Shown: in pieces, positions 7,978 through 16,730 of the stretch
Layout of the letters: each line of letters opens with the position of its first letter
Numbering within the stretch: position 1 is the stretch's first letter
Origin: Erysipelotrichaceae bacterium MTC7
Lineage (GTDB): Bacteria > Bacillota_I > Bacilli_A > Erysipelotrichales > Erysipelotrichaceae
Direction of reading: 5' to 3'
NCBI GenBank assembly: GCA_001695645.1
Contig: LVZN01000006.1
Location: forward strand, 1-32,000
Length of the DNA: 32,000 bases
The notes under the pieces: generated by a model
Seen by the model: only the letters and a program-made list of their open reading frames with translations
What the model was told of the DNA's origin: nothing
The model's database searches: none
Position numbers and translations under genes: made by a program

Positions 7978-9333
7978 TTATTCCCCTCTTTTATCCATAT
8001 CAATATATTCGCAAAGTTCACCAACGTATTTCGTTGCTGGACGTACAATTTTCCCACTGTACATTTGGCTTTCTAAGTTGTGTGCCAACCAACCAATGCT
8101 ACGGGCACAAACAAATAACGGTGTATATAAATCGCGTGGAATGTTTAACATTTTCTCATAAACAAACCCACTGTAAAAGTCCACGTTGCTACAAACGTTA
8201 ATGCCTTTCTTTTCTTTAATTACTTCTTTGGCAACTTGTTCGAAGCGCTCATAGAAGTGAAATTCAGTTTCCAAGTTTTTCTCTCGAGCGAGTTCACGTG
8301 CTCCATTTTTTAAAACTTCACTACGTGGATCACTTAAGGTGTACACGGCATGTCCCATCCCATAGATTAATCCACGTTGGTCAAAGTATGAACCTGCCAA
8401 GAGCTTTAAACAAACATCTTTGATTTGCTCAGCAGTTGCTTCATACCCAATATCGGCAATGACTTCATCCATCATTTGGCAAACCTTAATGTTTGCGCCA
8501 CCGTGTTTTGGCCCTTTTAATGAACCAATTGCACCTGCAAAACTGGAATAGATATCCGTTCCCGTACTCGACATCACCACATTGACAAAGGTAGAGTTTG
8601 GTCCTCCCCCGTGATCTGCATGAACCACAAGAATGATATCAAGTAGATGTGCTTCAAGTTCAGTGAACTCTTGGTCCGGACGAATCATCTGCAAAATGTT
8701 TTCGGCAAAACTCAAATCCTCATCCACATGGTGAATGTACATACTCTCATTTTCAAAGTAATGAACCTTACTTTGGTAGTTATATGCAACCAAACAAGGC
8801 ATCTTCCCAACGATGTGCAACCCTTGATCAACAATGTGTTCTACACTTACATCATCTGGTGTCTTATCATAATTGTATAAGGTTAGTACATCTTGTTGGA
8901 GTTTATTCATTAAATTTTTTGTTGGTGCACGTAAAATCTTGCTTTCCAAAAAGTCTTTTGGTAAATGAAACTTCTTATGCAAAATTCTTGTGAAATGTTC
9001 CAATTCTTGAGCATTTGGCAAATATCCAAACATGATCAAGAAACTGGTTTCTTCAAACAAGTTGGCTTTTCCCAAGCGATTTTTATGACTTGCCCCATTT
9101 ACGATATCGTTGATTTCAATCCCGCGATAGAACAGTTGTCCGCGCTGATCAACTTTCGTTTCACACTGACGACAATACCCAACAACATCACTGATTTTTG
9201 TTAGGCCGACCAAAACACCCGTTCCATCTTCATTACGTAATCCATTTTTGACAGAATGTGTTTTATATAATTGTTTATCGATAAAGCCAATATCTTTTGC
9301 TTTCTCGAAAAATGTCTCTAATCTTTTATCCAT
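7978..9333 (-). CDS. gltA: citrate synthase (citrate/2-methylcitrate synthase family)
   Basis: Catalytic-region motifs are present: HADHGGGPNSTF, GPKHGGAN and GYGHAVY-like GMGHAVYT. The RBS AGAGGT lies upstream of the ATG at 9333. Confidence 0.88.
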   Translation of the reverse strand: MDKRLETFFEKAKDIGFIDKQLYKTHSVKNGLRNEDGTGVLVGLTKISDVVGYCRQCETKVDQRGQLFYRGIEINDIVNGASHKNRLGKANLFEETSFLIMFGYLPNAQELEHFTRILHKKFHLPKDFLESKILRAPTKNLMNKLQQDVLTLYNYDKTPDDVSVEHIVDQGLHIVGKMPCLVAYNYQSKVHYFENESMYIHHVDEDLSFAENILQMIRPDQEFTELEAHLLDIILVVHADHGGGPNSTFVNVVMSSTGTDIYSSFAGAIGSLKGPKHGGANIKVCQMMDEVIADIGYEATAEQIKDVCLKLLAGSYFDQRGLIYGMGHAVYTLSDPRSEVLKNGARELAREKNLETEFHFYERFEQVAKEVIKEKKGINVCSNVDFYSGFVYEKMLNIPRDLYTPLFVCARSIGWLAHNLESQMYSGKIVRPATKYVGELCEYIDMDKRGE

Positions 9334-9362
9334 ACTTTTACCTCTATAACACTAGTTCTATG

Positions 9363-9391
9363 ATTATACCATCTTTAAAAACAAAAAATAA
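9363..9391 (-). promoter_or_regulatory. candidate extended -10 promoter of the citrate synthase operon
   Basis: The minus strand reads TTATTT, a 17-nt spacer, then TATAAT, with TGG immediately upstream of the -10 box (TGGTATAAT). Confidence 0.45.
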
Positions 9392-9523
9392 GTGCAAATG
9401 TAAATTATTACAATATCCATATGTAAATATTTTCAAAGAATGATAGTGTTTCAACTACTTATTATATAACACATGAGGCGCACACATGTACACCACACAA
9501 ATACAAATAATTGGATTTCCTAT

Positions 9524-9552
9524 GTTATCTTTAAAGCTACTTATGGTATAAT
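9524..9552 (+). promoter_or_regulatory. candidate extended -10 promoter of the aconitase gene
   Basis: TGGTATAAT lies at 9544-9552 with a weak -35 (GTTATC) at 17-nt spacing, 31 nt upstream of the ATG. Confidence 0.45.
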
Positions 9553-9583
9553 ATGAAACAACTGTTATAAAGGGGGACAAATA

Positions 9584-11497
9584 ATGGCAACGTTATGCGA
9601 AAAAATATTACAAGCTCACCTAGTTGAGGGAACCTATGAAAAAGGTAAACAAATTGGGATTAGAATTGATCAAACCTTAACCCAAGATGCAACAGGTACG
9701 ATGGCCTATTTGCAACTAGAAGCGATGGGAATTGACCAAGTCAAAACAGAGCGCTCAATGAGTTATGTTGATCACAACACATTACAAAGTGGCTTTGAAA
9801 ATGCAGATGACCACAAATACCTACAAACCGTAGCAAATGCTTATGGGGTATACTTTTCAAAACCAGGAAACGGAATCTGTCACCAAGTGCACTTGGAACG
9901 ATTTGCAGCTCCAGGAAAAACGCTTTTAGGAAGTGATTCACATACACCAACAGCTGGTGGAATTGGTTCCATTGCGATGGGTGCAGGAGGGCTTGATGTT
10001 GCTTGTGCAATGGCTGGTCGTCCATTCTACTTAACAACACCACAAGTTGTAAATGTAAATTTAAGTGGAAAACTACAAAAAGGTGTGAGTGCAAAAGACA
10101 TCATTTTAAAAGTTCTACAATTGATGAGTGTCAAAGGTGGAGTTGGTAAAATCGTTGAATATAGCGGAACCGGTATTGCAAGTTTATCAATTCCAGAACG
10201 TGCGACAATCTGTAACATGGGTGCAGAGCTTGGAGCAACAACGTCGATTTTCCCTTCGGATGAAGTTACCAGAGAATTCTTACGCAAACAAGAACGTGAA
10301 GATGTATGGGTAGAATTACAAGCAGATGCAGATGCCATCTATGATGAAACATATAAAATTGATTTAGATACACTTGAACCAATGATTGCCATGCCACACT
10401 CACCAGATGCCGTTGTTCCGGTTTCTGAAGTTGAAGGTATGCATGTTGACCAAGTAGCTATCGGTTCTTGTACAAACTCATCACTTCGTGATTTAAGTAT
10501 TGTTGGTAACATCTTAAAAGACCACACCGTTGATTCGAGTGTAAGTTTGGTTATTTCACCAGGAAGTAAACAAGTATTGCAAATGATTACACAAAACGGT
10601 GCCTTATCTCACATGATTGCAAGTGGTGCAAGAATTCTTGAATCAACTTGTGGACCATGTATTGGAATGGGACAAAGTCCAATTACCAATGCATTATCAC
10701 TTCGTACATTTAACCGTAACTTCTATGGACGTAGTGGAACCTTAAGTGCCAAAGTGTGTCTTGTTTCACCTGAAACAGCAGCTGCAAGTGCACTTACTGG
10801 AAAAATTACCGATCCACGTAAAGTTGACTTTGAACTACCTGCAGAAACAGACCATTTCCTAATTGATGATTCGATGATTTTAACACCAGATTGTGATAAA
10901 TCAAAAGAGATTGTACGTGGTCCAAACATCAAACCATTACCAATCAATACACCACTAGATGATCATATCCACAAGAAAGTTATGATCAAAGTAGAAGATA
11001 ACATTACCACAGACCACATTGCGCCAGCAGGTGCAAAAGTCTTACCATACCGCAGTAACATTGAAAAAATCTCAGAGTTCATCTTCATGAACAACAAACC
11101 GGATTTTGACAAAGTATGTAAAGAGTATGGTGGTGGATACATTATCGCTGGTGCTAACTACGGACAAGGTTCATCAAGAGAACATGCTGCTCTAGCACCA
11201 ATGTACTTAGGAATTAAAGCAGTTATCGCAAAAAGTTTTGCGCGTATTCATAAAGCAAACTTAGTAAACTTTGGAATCTTACCATTAACGTTTGATAACG
11301 AAGCAGACTATGATACCATCGATGAAATGGATGATTTAGATATCAACAACCTTGATCAACTCGCGGTTGATGTTCCATTAACGGTGATCAACCAAACCAA
11401 AGACAAAACATATACAGTTCACCATGGCTTAAGTCAATATGACATTGACATCATCAAAGCTGGTGGAACGTTAAACTACATCAAAGCGATGCAATAA
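9584..11497 (+). CDS. aconitate hydratase (short, about 640-aa form)
   Basis: The Fe-S ligand contexts are present (GSDSHT, IGSCTNS, CGPCIGMG), along with a swivel domain containing GANYGQGSSREHAA. The RBS AGGGGGA lies upstream. Confidence 0.92.
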   Translation: MATLCEKILQAHLVEGTYEKGKQIGIRIDQTLTQDATGTMAYLQLEAMGIDQVKTERSMSYVDHNTLQSGFENADDHKYLQTVANAYGVYFSKPGNGICHQVHLERFAAPGKTLLGSDSHTPTAGGIGSIAMGAGGLDVACAMAGRPFYLTTPQVVNVNLSGKLQKGVSAKDIILKVLQLMSVKGGVGKIVEYSGTGIASLSIPERATICNMGAELGATTSIFPSDEVTREFLRKQEREDVWVELQADADAIYDETYKIDLDTLEPMIAMPHSPDAVVPVSEVEGMHVDQVAIGSCTNSSLRDLSIVGNILKDHTVDSSVSLVISPGSKQVLQMITQNGALSHMIASGARILESTCGPCIGMGQSPITNALSLRTFNRNFYGRSGTLSAKVCLVSPETAAASALTGKITDPRKVDFELPAETDHFLIDDSMILTPDCDKSKEIVRGPNIKPLPINTPLDDHIHKKVMIKVEDNITTDHIAPAGAKVLPYRSNIEKISEFIFMNNKPDFDKVCKEYGGGYIIAGANYGQGSSREHAALAPMYLGIKAVIAKSFARIHKANLVNFGILPLTFDNEADYDTIDEMDDLDINNLDQLAVDVPLTVINQTKDKTYTVHHGLSQYDIDIIKAGGTLNYIKAMQ

Positions 11498-11500
11498 CAT

Positions 11501-11529
11501 AAAAACGCCCAGAAAACGGGCGTTTTTTT
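11501..11529. terminator. bidirectional rho-independent terminator between aconitase and PTS IID
   Basis: AAAAACGCCC-AGAAAAC-GGGCGTTTTT forms a hairpin with A/T runs on both sides. It sits between two convergent genes. Confidence 0.85.
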
Positions 11530-11553
11530 ATCGTAAGGAGAAAACCTTTTTAC

Positions 11554-12372
11554 TTAGAATACTCCTAGTACGACTCCAACTGCAGAAATAACGGTTAATA
11601 CAATGATAATTTTAGTAGCTGACATACGTTTTTTAGAAATCATCCACCATGATAACAACACCATGATTAATGGCAGTATCTTTGGAAAGTTACTATCAAA
11701 TAACGCTTGTAATGAGGAAAGTTCATCTCCCATTGGAATTTCAAGTTTCGTTGTTAGGGCAACATTTCCTGCTGCTAATCCACCAACAACCATAACCCCT
11801 AAAATGTTAAATGCATCCGTGATTCGTTTTGCATTTTCACCAATGATAACATCAATTGCATTAATTCCAAGTTTATATCCGTTATGGAAACACAAATAAG
11901 AAATCGTTGGTCCAATTAAAGCATACGATACAATATAAAATAAAGGACCTACTACACTTCCACCACTTGCAAGTCCCATCCCAATACTTAATAAGATAGG
12001 CACAATGATTCCTTGAATGATGGAATCACCGATCCCAGCCAATGGACCCATTAATGTGGCTTTAATATTAATTGGCATTTCTTCTGGCACATCTCCACCC
12101 ATGGCTATTTCTTCTTCTAAGGAAGCAACAATTCCATTGATGATTTGTCCAGTTTGTGGTTCTGTATTATAAAACATCGATTGACGCACAAGCAGTCTTC
12201 TCATCGCTTCTGGATCATCACTATAATACTTCTTGGCAAAAGGAATGTATGAATATGCCCAAGCGTGTGCTTGGAGTTTTTCATAACTCATAGAAGATAA
12301 ATGCGTGAATCCCCAACGTGCCCAAATCTGACGTAATTCTTTCTTTGTTAGTCGTTCTTTTGTTTGAGACAT
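11554..12372 (-). CDS. PTS mannose/fructose/sorbose family IID component
   Basis: The N-terminus LTKKELRQIWARWGFTHLSSMSYEKLQ is typical of IID. The gene is last in a IIA-IIB-IIC-IID operon. Confidence 0.9.
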   Translation of the reverse strand: MSQTKERLTKKELRQIWARWGFTHLSSMSYEKLQAHAWAYSYIPFAKKYYSDDPEAMRRLLVRQSMFYNTEPQTGQIINGIVASLEEEIAMGGDVPEEMPINIKATLMGPLAGIGDSIIQGIIVPILLSIGMGLASGGSVVGPLFYIVSYALIGPTISYLCFHNGYKLGINAIDVIIGENAKRITDAFNILGVMVVGGLAAGNVALTTKLEIPMGDELSSLQALFDSNFPKILPLIMVLLSWWMISKKRMSATKIIIVLTVISAVGVVLGVF

Positions 12373-12381
12373 ATATACCCC

Positions 12382-13218
12382 CTAAAATAGATAATCATCT
12401 TCAAAGATGACATCTTCACTTGTATTTTGATTTGCACTTTCAGCAACCAAAGCAAGTCCTGGTTTGGTTGCTAAGAACACCAAGTATGCAACGAGTGCTG
12501 CAATAAACACCAAAGCAATCATACTTAGTCCAGCAAATGCGGTTAAGACAAATCCAGCAAAGAAAAAGATAAATAAACTTTTTTCTTTGATAACGATATT
12601 CATCAACATAGCAATACCAAGTGCTGGTAAAACTCCACCTAGAACAGAAATCGTATCTGTTACCACTTGTGGTATATTTTGTAATAACCAATCCACCAAA
12701 TCTTTCCCAAAGAAAATAACTAAGAAGATTGGAATTGCGCGCAATAAGAAATTCGTTATTTGTGGTCCCACTAAATGATTCATCCGAATGCCGGCAAGGT
12801 CGTTCTGTTCTGCTGCGATATCTGCACGACGATTCCAAAACGAATACAATGCCATTCTTGTGTTGTAAAAAATAAGTCCGAATGTTTGTCCAATTAAAAT
12901 TGATAATGTAACAGCAATTGCAGGATCTTTACTTGTCGCCATGGCAAGTCCAATCCCCCCATATGCAGCATACGTAATCTCACTATTGGTGGCTCCTCCG
13001 GTTGATAAGTTTGCAATAAATACACCTTGTACAGCTAATCCACAAAGAATACCAGCTTGCACATCACCAAATGCAACACCAACCAATAATCCAGCAACCA
13101 GTGGTCTACCTACGATATAAAATCCCCCAGACATTCCAAATAAACAGGCAGATTCAATTGCCCCTAAGTAACAAAAGATTCCCGTTAGTAATGCTGGTAT
13201 TAATAAATCCATTTCCAT
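12382..13218 (-). CDS. PTS mannose/fructose/sorbose family IIC component
   Basis: This is a polytopic membrane protein between IIB and IID. The RBS AAGGAGAG lies upstream. It has an acidic C-terminal tail. Confidence 0.88.
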   Translation of the reverse strand: MEMDLLIPALLTGIFCYLGAIESACLFGMSGGFYIVGRPLVAGLLVGVAFGDVQAGILCGLAVQGVFIANLSTGGATNSEITYAAYGGIGLAMATSKDPAIAVTLSILIGQTFGLIFYNTRMALYSFWNRRADIAAEQNDLAGIRMNHLVGPQITNFLLRAIPIFLVIFFGKDLVDWLLQNIPQVVTDTISVLGGVLPALGIAMLMNIVIKEKSLFIFFFAGFVLTAFAGLSMIALVFIAALVAYLVFLATKPGLALVAESANQNTSEDVIFEDDYLF

Positions 13219-13231
13219 CGTTTTCTCTCCT

Positions 13232-13729
13232 TTATGATTCTAAAGCATCATATTTTGCTTTCATTTCTTTCCACGATTTAATTTCATCACCTGGAAGTAA
13301 TTGAAATTCGATTGTAATTCCATTGGCTTCCATATATTCAAATGCATCATAATCTGCTTGATCAATGCATACCGTACGTCCCAACACTTTTGCACCTGCT
13401 CGAGTGTTCATACAACCAACATTTAATACACCTCCAAAGTCAGTTCCATCTTTGACTAGCTGAGCAAAGTTTTGTGGAGAATCACTGATCAAAAATAAGT
13501 CTTTTGTTGATACCAATCCCATCTTCACTTTCTCAACAGCAACATTCATCGGATAAATCCCAAGTTTTAAATTCCCGGCTGCTGCTTTTAATACTTTCTT
13601 TCGTAGTGGATCGTTGGCAATTTTATCTCCAACAACCACTATCCCTTCAACATTTCTTGCGCGTGACCAGCGTGTGGTTGTTTGTCCATGAATGACGCGG
13701 TCATCAACTCTTGCTAATGTAATACTCAT
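13232..13729 (-). CDS. PTS mannose family IIB component
   Basis: The phospho-His motif RVDDRVIHGQ is at the N-terminus and length is 165 aa. Confidence 0.9.
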   Translation of the reverse strand: MSITLARVDDRVIHGQTTTRWSRARNVEGIVVVGDKIANDPLRKKVLKAAAGNLKLGIYPMNVAVEKVKMGLVSTKDLFLISDSPQNFAQLVKDGTDFGGVLNVGCMNTRAGAKVLGRTVCIDQADYDAFEYMEANGITIEFQLLPGDEIKSWKEMKAKYDALES

Positions 13730-13741
13730 AGTTCCTCCTTG

Positions 13742-14152
13742 TTATAACTCCAATGAGTCTTCATCTTCATCAATTGCCATATACACTTCTTGCTTTCCTG
13801 TCTCATATGCAATACTTGCATATTGATCTAGTGTTAAGGCAGCGGGCAATTGCAAGCCAGTTTCAAGTAACATTGGTAAATTGAGACCAGCAAGCAAACG
13901 AATGTGTGTACTATGACTTAAGTAATAGGCGTAACATTCATTAAAAGGGGTCCCCCCTTTTAAATCACTTAAGATTAAGACATCCTCTTTTTGATGTGCG
14001 TCAAGCCAAGCATATAGACGCTCTTGATACACCGTGATGCCATCATCATCCAAACTGATTGCCTCAATATCTTCTGTACTTCCTGCAATCATTTTGTAAC
14101 TTTCTAAAATACCATTCGCAAATCCCCCGTGCGTTGTTAGTAGTATTTTCAT
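13742..14152 (-). CDS. PTS mannose family IIA component
   Basis: The N-terminus MKILLTTHGGFANG carries the phospho-His context. Length is 136 aa and the RBS is AGGAGG. Confidence 0.85.
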   Translation of the reverse strand: MKILLTTHGGFANGILESYKMIAGSTEDIEAISLDDDGITVYQERLYAWLDAHQKEDVLILSDLKGGTPFNECYAYYLSHSTHIRLLAGLNLPMLLETGLQLPAALTLDQYASIAYETGKQEVYMAIDEDEDSLEL

Positions 14153-14177
14153 TTTGTCCTCCTTTCACATTAAATAG

Positions 14178-14208
14178 TTACATATAACTAGAATAATATA
14201 ATATGTAA
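14178..14208. promoter_or_regulatory. inverted repeat TTACATAT-N15-ATATGTAA in the PTS 5' leader (putative GntR/HutC operator)
   Basis: The arms lie at 14178-14185 and 14201-14208. The same 8-mers form the perfect palindrome at 15814-15835. Confidence 0.35.
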
Positions 14209-14222
14209 TTACAACTAACCAT

Positions 14223-14251
14223 ATTTTAATGAATTATGTAAGCGCTGTCAA
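14223..14251 (-). promoter_or_regulatory. sigma-A type promoter of the mannose-family PTS operon
   Basis: The minus strand reads TTGACA, a 17-nt spacer (GCGCTTACATAATTCAT), then TAAAAT. Confidence 0.55.
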
Positions 14252-14289
14252 CTATTTATTTTACTTATTTAACATTATGTAACTATTCA

Positions 14290-14318
14290 TTGACAATTAT
14301 CTGACTTTATACTATATT
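14290..14318 (+). promoter_or_regulatory. sigma-A type promoter of deoC
   Basis: TTGACA (14290-14295), a 17-nt spacer, then TATATT (14313-14318), 30 nt upstream of the ATG. Confidence 0.6.
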
Positions 14319-14348
14319 TATGTCATAACATATTAGAGAGGAGCTAAC

Positions 14349-15047
14349 ATGAAAACATACACATTAGATCAATTAGCAAGATTTATCGATCACACAAACT
14401 TAAAAGCGAATGTAACAAGAGAAGACATGATTCAATTATGCAATGAGGCAAAAACGTACCACTTTAAAATGGTTGCCATCAATCAGGTGCAATCTAAACT
14501 ATGTGCTACCCTACTTACCAACACCGATATCCATGTTGGTGCAGCGATTGGGTTTCCACTAGGTCAAACGTCGATTCAAGCAAAATGTTTCGAAACCGAG
14601 GATGCCATCGCCCAAGGTGCAACCGAAATTGACTACATGATTAACATTACCGAACTCAAAGCAAAAAACTACGAATACGTAAAACAAGAGATGCAAGCCA
14701 TCGTTGATATTTGTAAAAAACATGAAATCCCTTCAAAAGTTATCTTTGAAAACTGCTATCTGACGAAAGAAGAAATTATCAAAGTGGCAGAGATCGCTGC
14801 ATTTGTAAAACCGACATTTATTAAAACATCAACTGGTTTTGGAACATCAGGGGCTACTGTTGAAGATGTAAAACTGATGAAAGATGTGGTGCAAGACAAA
14901 GTCGAAGTAAAAGCAGCTGGAGGCATTCGCGATGTTGATACGTTCTTTGCAATGATACAAGCAGGAGCAACCCGCATAGGAACAAGTGCAGGAATTGCAA
15001 TCATCGAAGCTTTAAAAGCAACTGGAAAAACGGAATTTACGATTTAA
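14349..15047 (+). CDS. deoC: deoxyribose-phosphate aldolase (DeoC family, class I)
   Basis: The Schiff-base Lys context FIKTSTGFG is present, along with KAAGGIR. Length is 232 aa and the RBS is GAGAGGAG. Confidence 0.88.
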   Translation: MKTYTLDQLARFIDHTNLKANVTREDMIQLCNEAKTYHFKMVAINQVQSKLCATLLTNTDIHVGAAIGFPLGQTSIQAKCFETEDAIAQGATEIDYMINITELKAKNYEYVKQEMQAIVDICKKHEIPSKVIFENCYLTKEEIIKVAEIAAFVKPTFIKTSTGFGTSGATVEDVKLMKDVVQDKVEVKAAGGIRDVDTFFAMIQAGATRIGTSAGIAIIEALKATGKTEFTI

Positions 15048-15074
15048 AAAAACTCGAGCGATCTCGAGTTTTTT
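15046..15074. terminator. bidirectional terminator between deoC and the GntR regulator
   Basis: AAAAAACTCGAG-CGAT-CTCGAGTTTTTT is a perfect stem with flanking A and T runs. It overlaps the GntR stop codon. Confidence 0.85.
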
Positions 15075-15789
15075 ATTGATTACGAATTTCAAAGACAAAC
15101 GAATTGGTATCCCCACGATATTTGGAAATGGAGTATTCCACAGGCTGATCATCTGTATCAAATGCAGTGGAATGAAAGTAAAACAACGGTGCACCTTCAT
15201 CCACTTCAAGTAGGTCAGAAACCGTTTCATCCGCGTTGATGACATCAAGTTTTCGACGAATACGAGCAACATGAATATGGTGTTCACCAAATATAGAATA
15301 CAAGGATGCACTACTAAAATCATAACTAAGTAAATCAGGTATAAGTTCCATTGGAATGTAGGTGGTTACCAGTACAATCGGCTTACTTTCTGCATAACGT
15401 AAGCGTATCAACTTACAAACGGCATCACCTTCTTCAAGATGCAAGTGTTGAGCAACTTCTTCTGTTGCCACATCCTGTTTGAAACTAATCACTGTAGTCG
15501 TTGGTAAAAGCCCCTTACGTTTCATTTCACTATCGAAACTTTCAATCACAGTTGCAAACTCTTGATCTATTTTACGCTTCGTAACAATGGTTCCCAGTCG
15601 TTTCTTTCTTGTCAAATATCCTTGTGCAACCAAATTTTGAATGGCTTGACGCACCGTTGGTCGACTGACTCCGTACGCCTTTGCCAATTCTACCTCTTTG
15701 GGAATAATACTCCCTTCCGCATATTCATCATTTTCGATTTTCATAAGTAAATCTGCTTCAATTCCCTTATACAATGGTTGTTTACTCAT
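15073..15789 (-). CDS. GntR family transcriptional regulator, HutC subfamily (UTRA effector domain)
   Basis: The N-terminal winged HTH is present (SERELAKAYGVSRPTVRQAIQNLVAQGYL-like), followed by a C-terminal region of about 140 aa typical of UTRA. Length is 238 aa. Confidence 0.9.
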   Translation of the reverse strand: MSKQPLYKGIEADLLMKIENDEYAEGSIIPKEVELAKAYGVSRPTVRQAIQNLVAQGYLTRKKRLGTIVTKRKIDQEFATVIESFDSEMKRKGLLPTTTVISFKQDVATEEVAQHLHLEEGDAVCKLIRLRYAESKPIVLVTTYIPMELIPDLLSYDFSSASLYSIFGEHHIHVARIRRKLDVINADETVSDLLEVDEGAPLFYFHSTAFDTDDQPVEYSISKYRGDTNSFVFEIRNQ

Positions 15790-15813
15790 TCACTTACCTC
15801 TTTCATATCTATA

Positions 15814-15835
15814 TTACATATTTTAAAATATGTAA
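15814..15835. promoter_or_regulatory. perfect 22-bp palindrome TTACATATTTTAAAATATGTAA (putative autoregulatory GntR/HutC operator)
   Basis: The sequence is fully self-complementary when read directly. It covers the spacer and -10 box of the regulator's candidate promoter. Confidence 0.5.
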
Positions 15836-15848
15836 GCAAAAATGTAAA
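15820..15848 (-). promoter_or_regulatory. candidate sigma-A promoter of the GntR regulator gene
   Basis: The minus strand reads TTTACA, a 17-nt spacer, then TAAAAT, about 30 nt upstream of the ATG at 15789. Confidence 0.45.
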
Positions 15849-15850
15849 CA

Positions 15851-15877
15851 CAAAAAAAGAGTCATCAATTGACTCTT
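15851..15877 (-). terminator. rho-independent terminator of the GNAT gene
   Basis: AAGAGTCA-(5 nt)-TGACTCTT forms a stem followed on the minus strand by TTTTTTTG. Confidence 0.7.
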
Positions 15878-15894
15878 CATATTAGCTTTCTTCT

Positions 15895-16167
15895 TTAGCG
15901 ATCAAGTAACTCTTTAAACTCTGGGTGTAAAGAGAAGTATTTTACCGCATAACCACATACTGGAGATGTCTTAGCATCCTTTTCTTTTAACAATGCAATC
16001 ATCTCTTCCATGAGTTCACCAGCCAATCCTTGACCACGATATGCTGGGTTTACATACGTACTCATTAAGTGGTAAACATTGTTTACTTCACGGTATTCCA
16101 AAGCTGCAATTTCTTCCCCACGCTCATTGACCATAATAATGGCATCCTTCTTATGTTCTATTTTCAT
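15895..16167 (-). CDS. small GNAT family N-acetyltransferase (YjdJ-like, 90 aa)
   Basis: The acetyl-CoA binding motif YRGQGLAGELM is present and the size is that of the minimal GNAT. The RBS is GGAAGGTG. Confidence 0.8.
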   Translation of the reverse strand: MKIEHKKDAIIMVNERGEEIAALEYREVNNVYHLMSTYVNPAYRGQGLAGELMEEMIALLKEKDAKTSPVCGYAVKYFSLHPEFKELLDR

Positions 16168-16317
16168 ACAATCACCTTCCTATACATATTATTATAGTTT
16201 ACATAACATTTTTTATCTATTCAAACGCAAGAAAACGTCGATTATATATGGAATAACATGTGTTTGGTCCATTTGTTTTGAAAATCGAACGATTTTGTCT
16301 TCAAAAAGCGAATATAC

Positions 16318-16346
16318 TTGTTGTTTTTGATTTAGTGTGTTACAAT
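16318..16346 (+). promoter_or_regulatory. candidate extended -10 promoter of the cold-shock gene
   Basis: TTGTTG, a 17-nt spacer, then TACAAT, with TGT immediately upstream of the -10 box. This leaves a 5' UTR of about 75 nt, which is typical of csp genes. Confidence 0.5.
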
Positions 16347-16425
16347 CCAAGAGTAATGTAAGAAGTAGGTTGGCTTTATAGTTTCATTAATACCTCTTAT
16401 TGTTATAGACAGGAGGTACTATTTA

Positions 16426-16626
16426 ATGGAATCAGGTAAAGTAAAATTCTTCAACGAAGAAAAAGGATTTGGATTTATCACAACTGATGGTGGGAAAGAT
16501 GTATTCGTACACTACTCAAACATCAACTCAGACGGGTTCAAAACTTTAAAAGAAGGTGACTACGTTCAATTTGACGTAGAAACTGACCCACGTGGTGATA
16601 AAGCCGTTAACGTAACATTAGTTTAA
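16426..16626 (+). CDS. cold-shock protein (CspA family, 66 aa)
   Basis: The RNP1 and RNP2 motifs are present (KGFGFI, VFVHYS). The RBS is AGGAGG. Confidence 0.95.
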   Translation: MESGKVKFFNEEKGFGFITTDGGKDVFVHYSNINSDGFKTLKEGDYVQFDVETDPRGDKAVNVTLV

Positions 16627-16628
16627 TT
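16550..16628 (+). repeat. direct repeat copy 1 (3' end of the intact csp gene), matching 28343-28420
   Basis: Hand alignment gives 39/39 identical bases, then a block with one 1-nt indel and two substitutions, then about 30 nt with two further substitutions. Confidence 0.85.
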
Positions 16629-16637
16629 AACGCATAA

Positions 16638-16661
16638 GACGACTCTAACGAGTCGTTTTTT
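16638..16661 (+). terminator. rho-independent terminator of csp
   Basis: GACGACTC-TAAC-GAGTCGTT forms a stem followed by TTTTTA. Confidence 0.8.
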
Positions 16662-16730
16662 ATTTCAGTTGTTTACTTGACATAGAGTACATCACACACA
16701 AGGAAGTCCCTTTTTCACATTAAATCATTT

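Noticed and set aside
9334-9583. CcpC-type dyad (ATAA-N7-TTAT) or another obvious operator in the citrate synthase/aconitase divergent region
   Set aside because: I looked for the Bacillus-type box and for longer palindromes and found only partial matches, for example ATAA-N7-TCTA. Nothing rises above what AT-rich DNA gives by chance.
12440-12838. Overlapping alternative-frame and antisense ORFs inside well-supported genes (for example 12440-12838 and 12464-12778 in PTS IIC, 9741-10338 in aconitase, 20733-21074 in EIIC, 23776-24117 in the epimerase)
   Set aside because: Their amino-acid composition is low-complexity or skewed. They lack an RBS and are fully nested in genes with strong family motifs.
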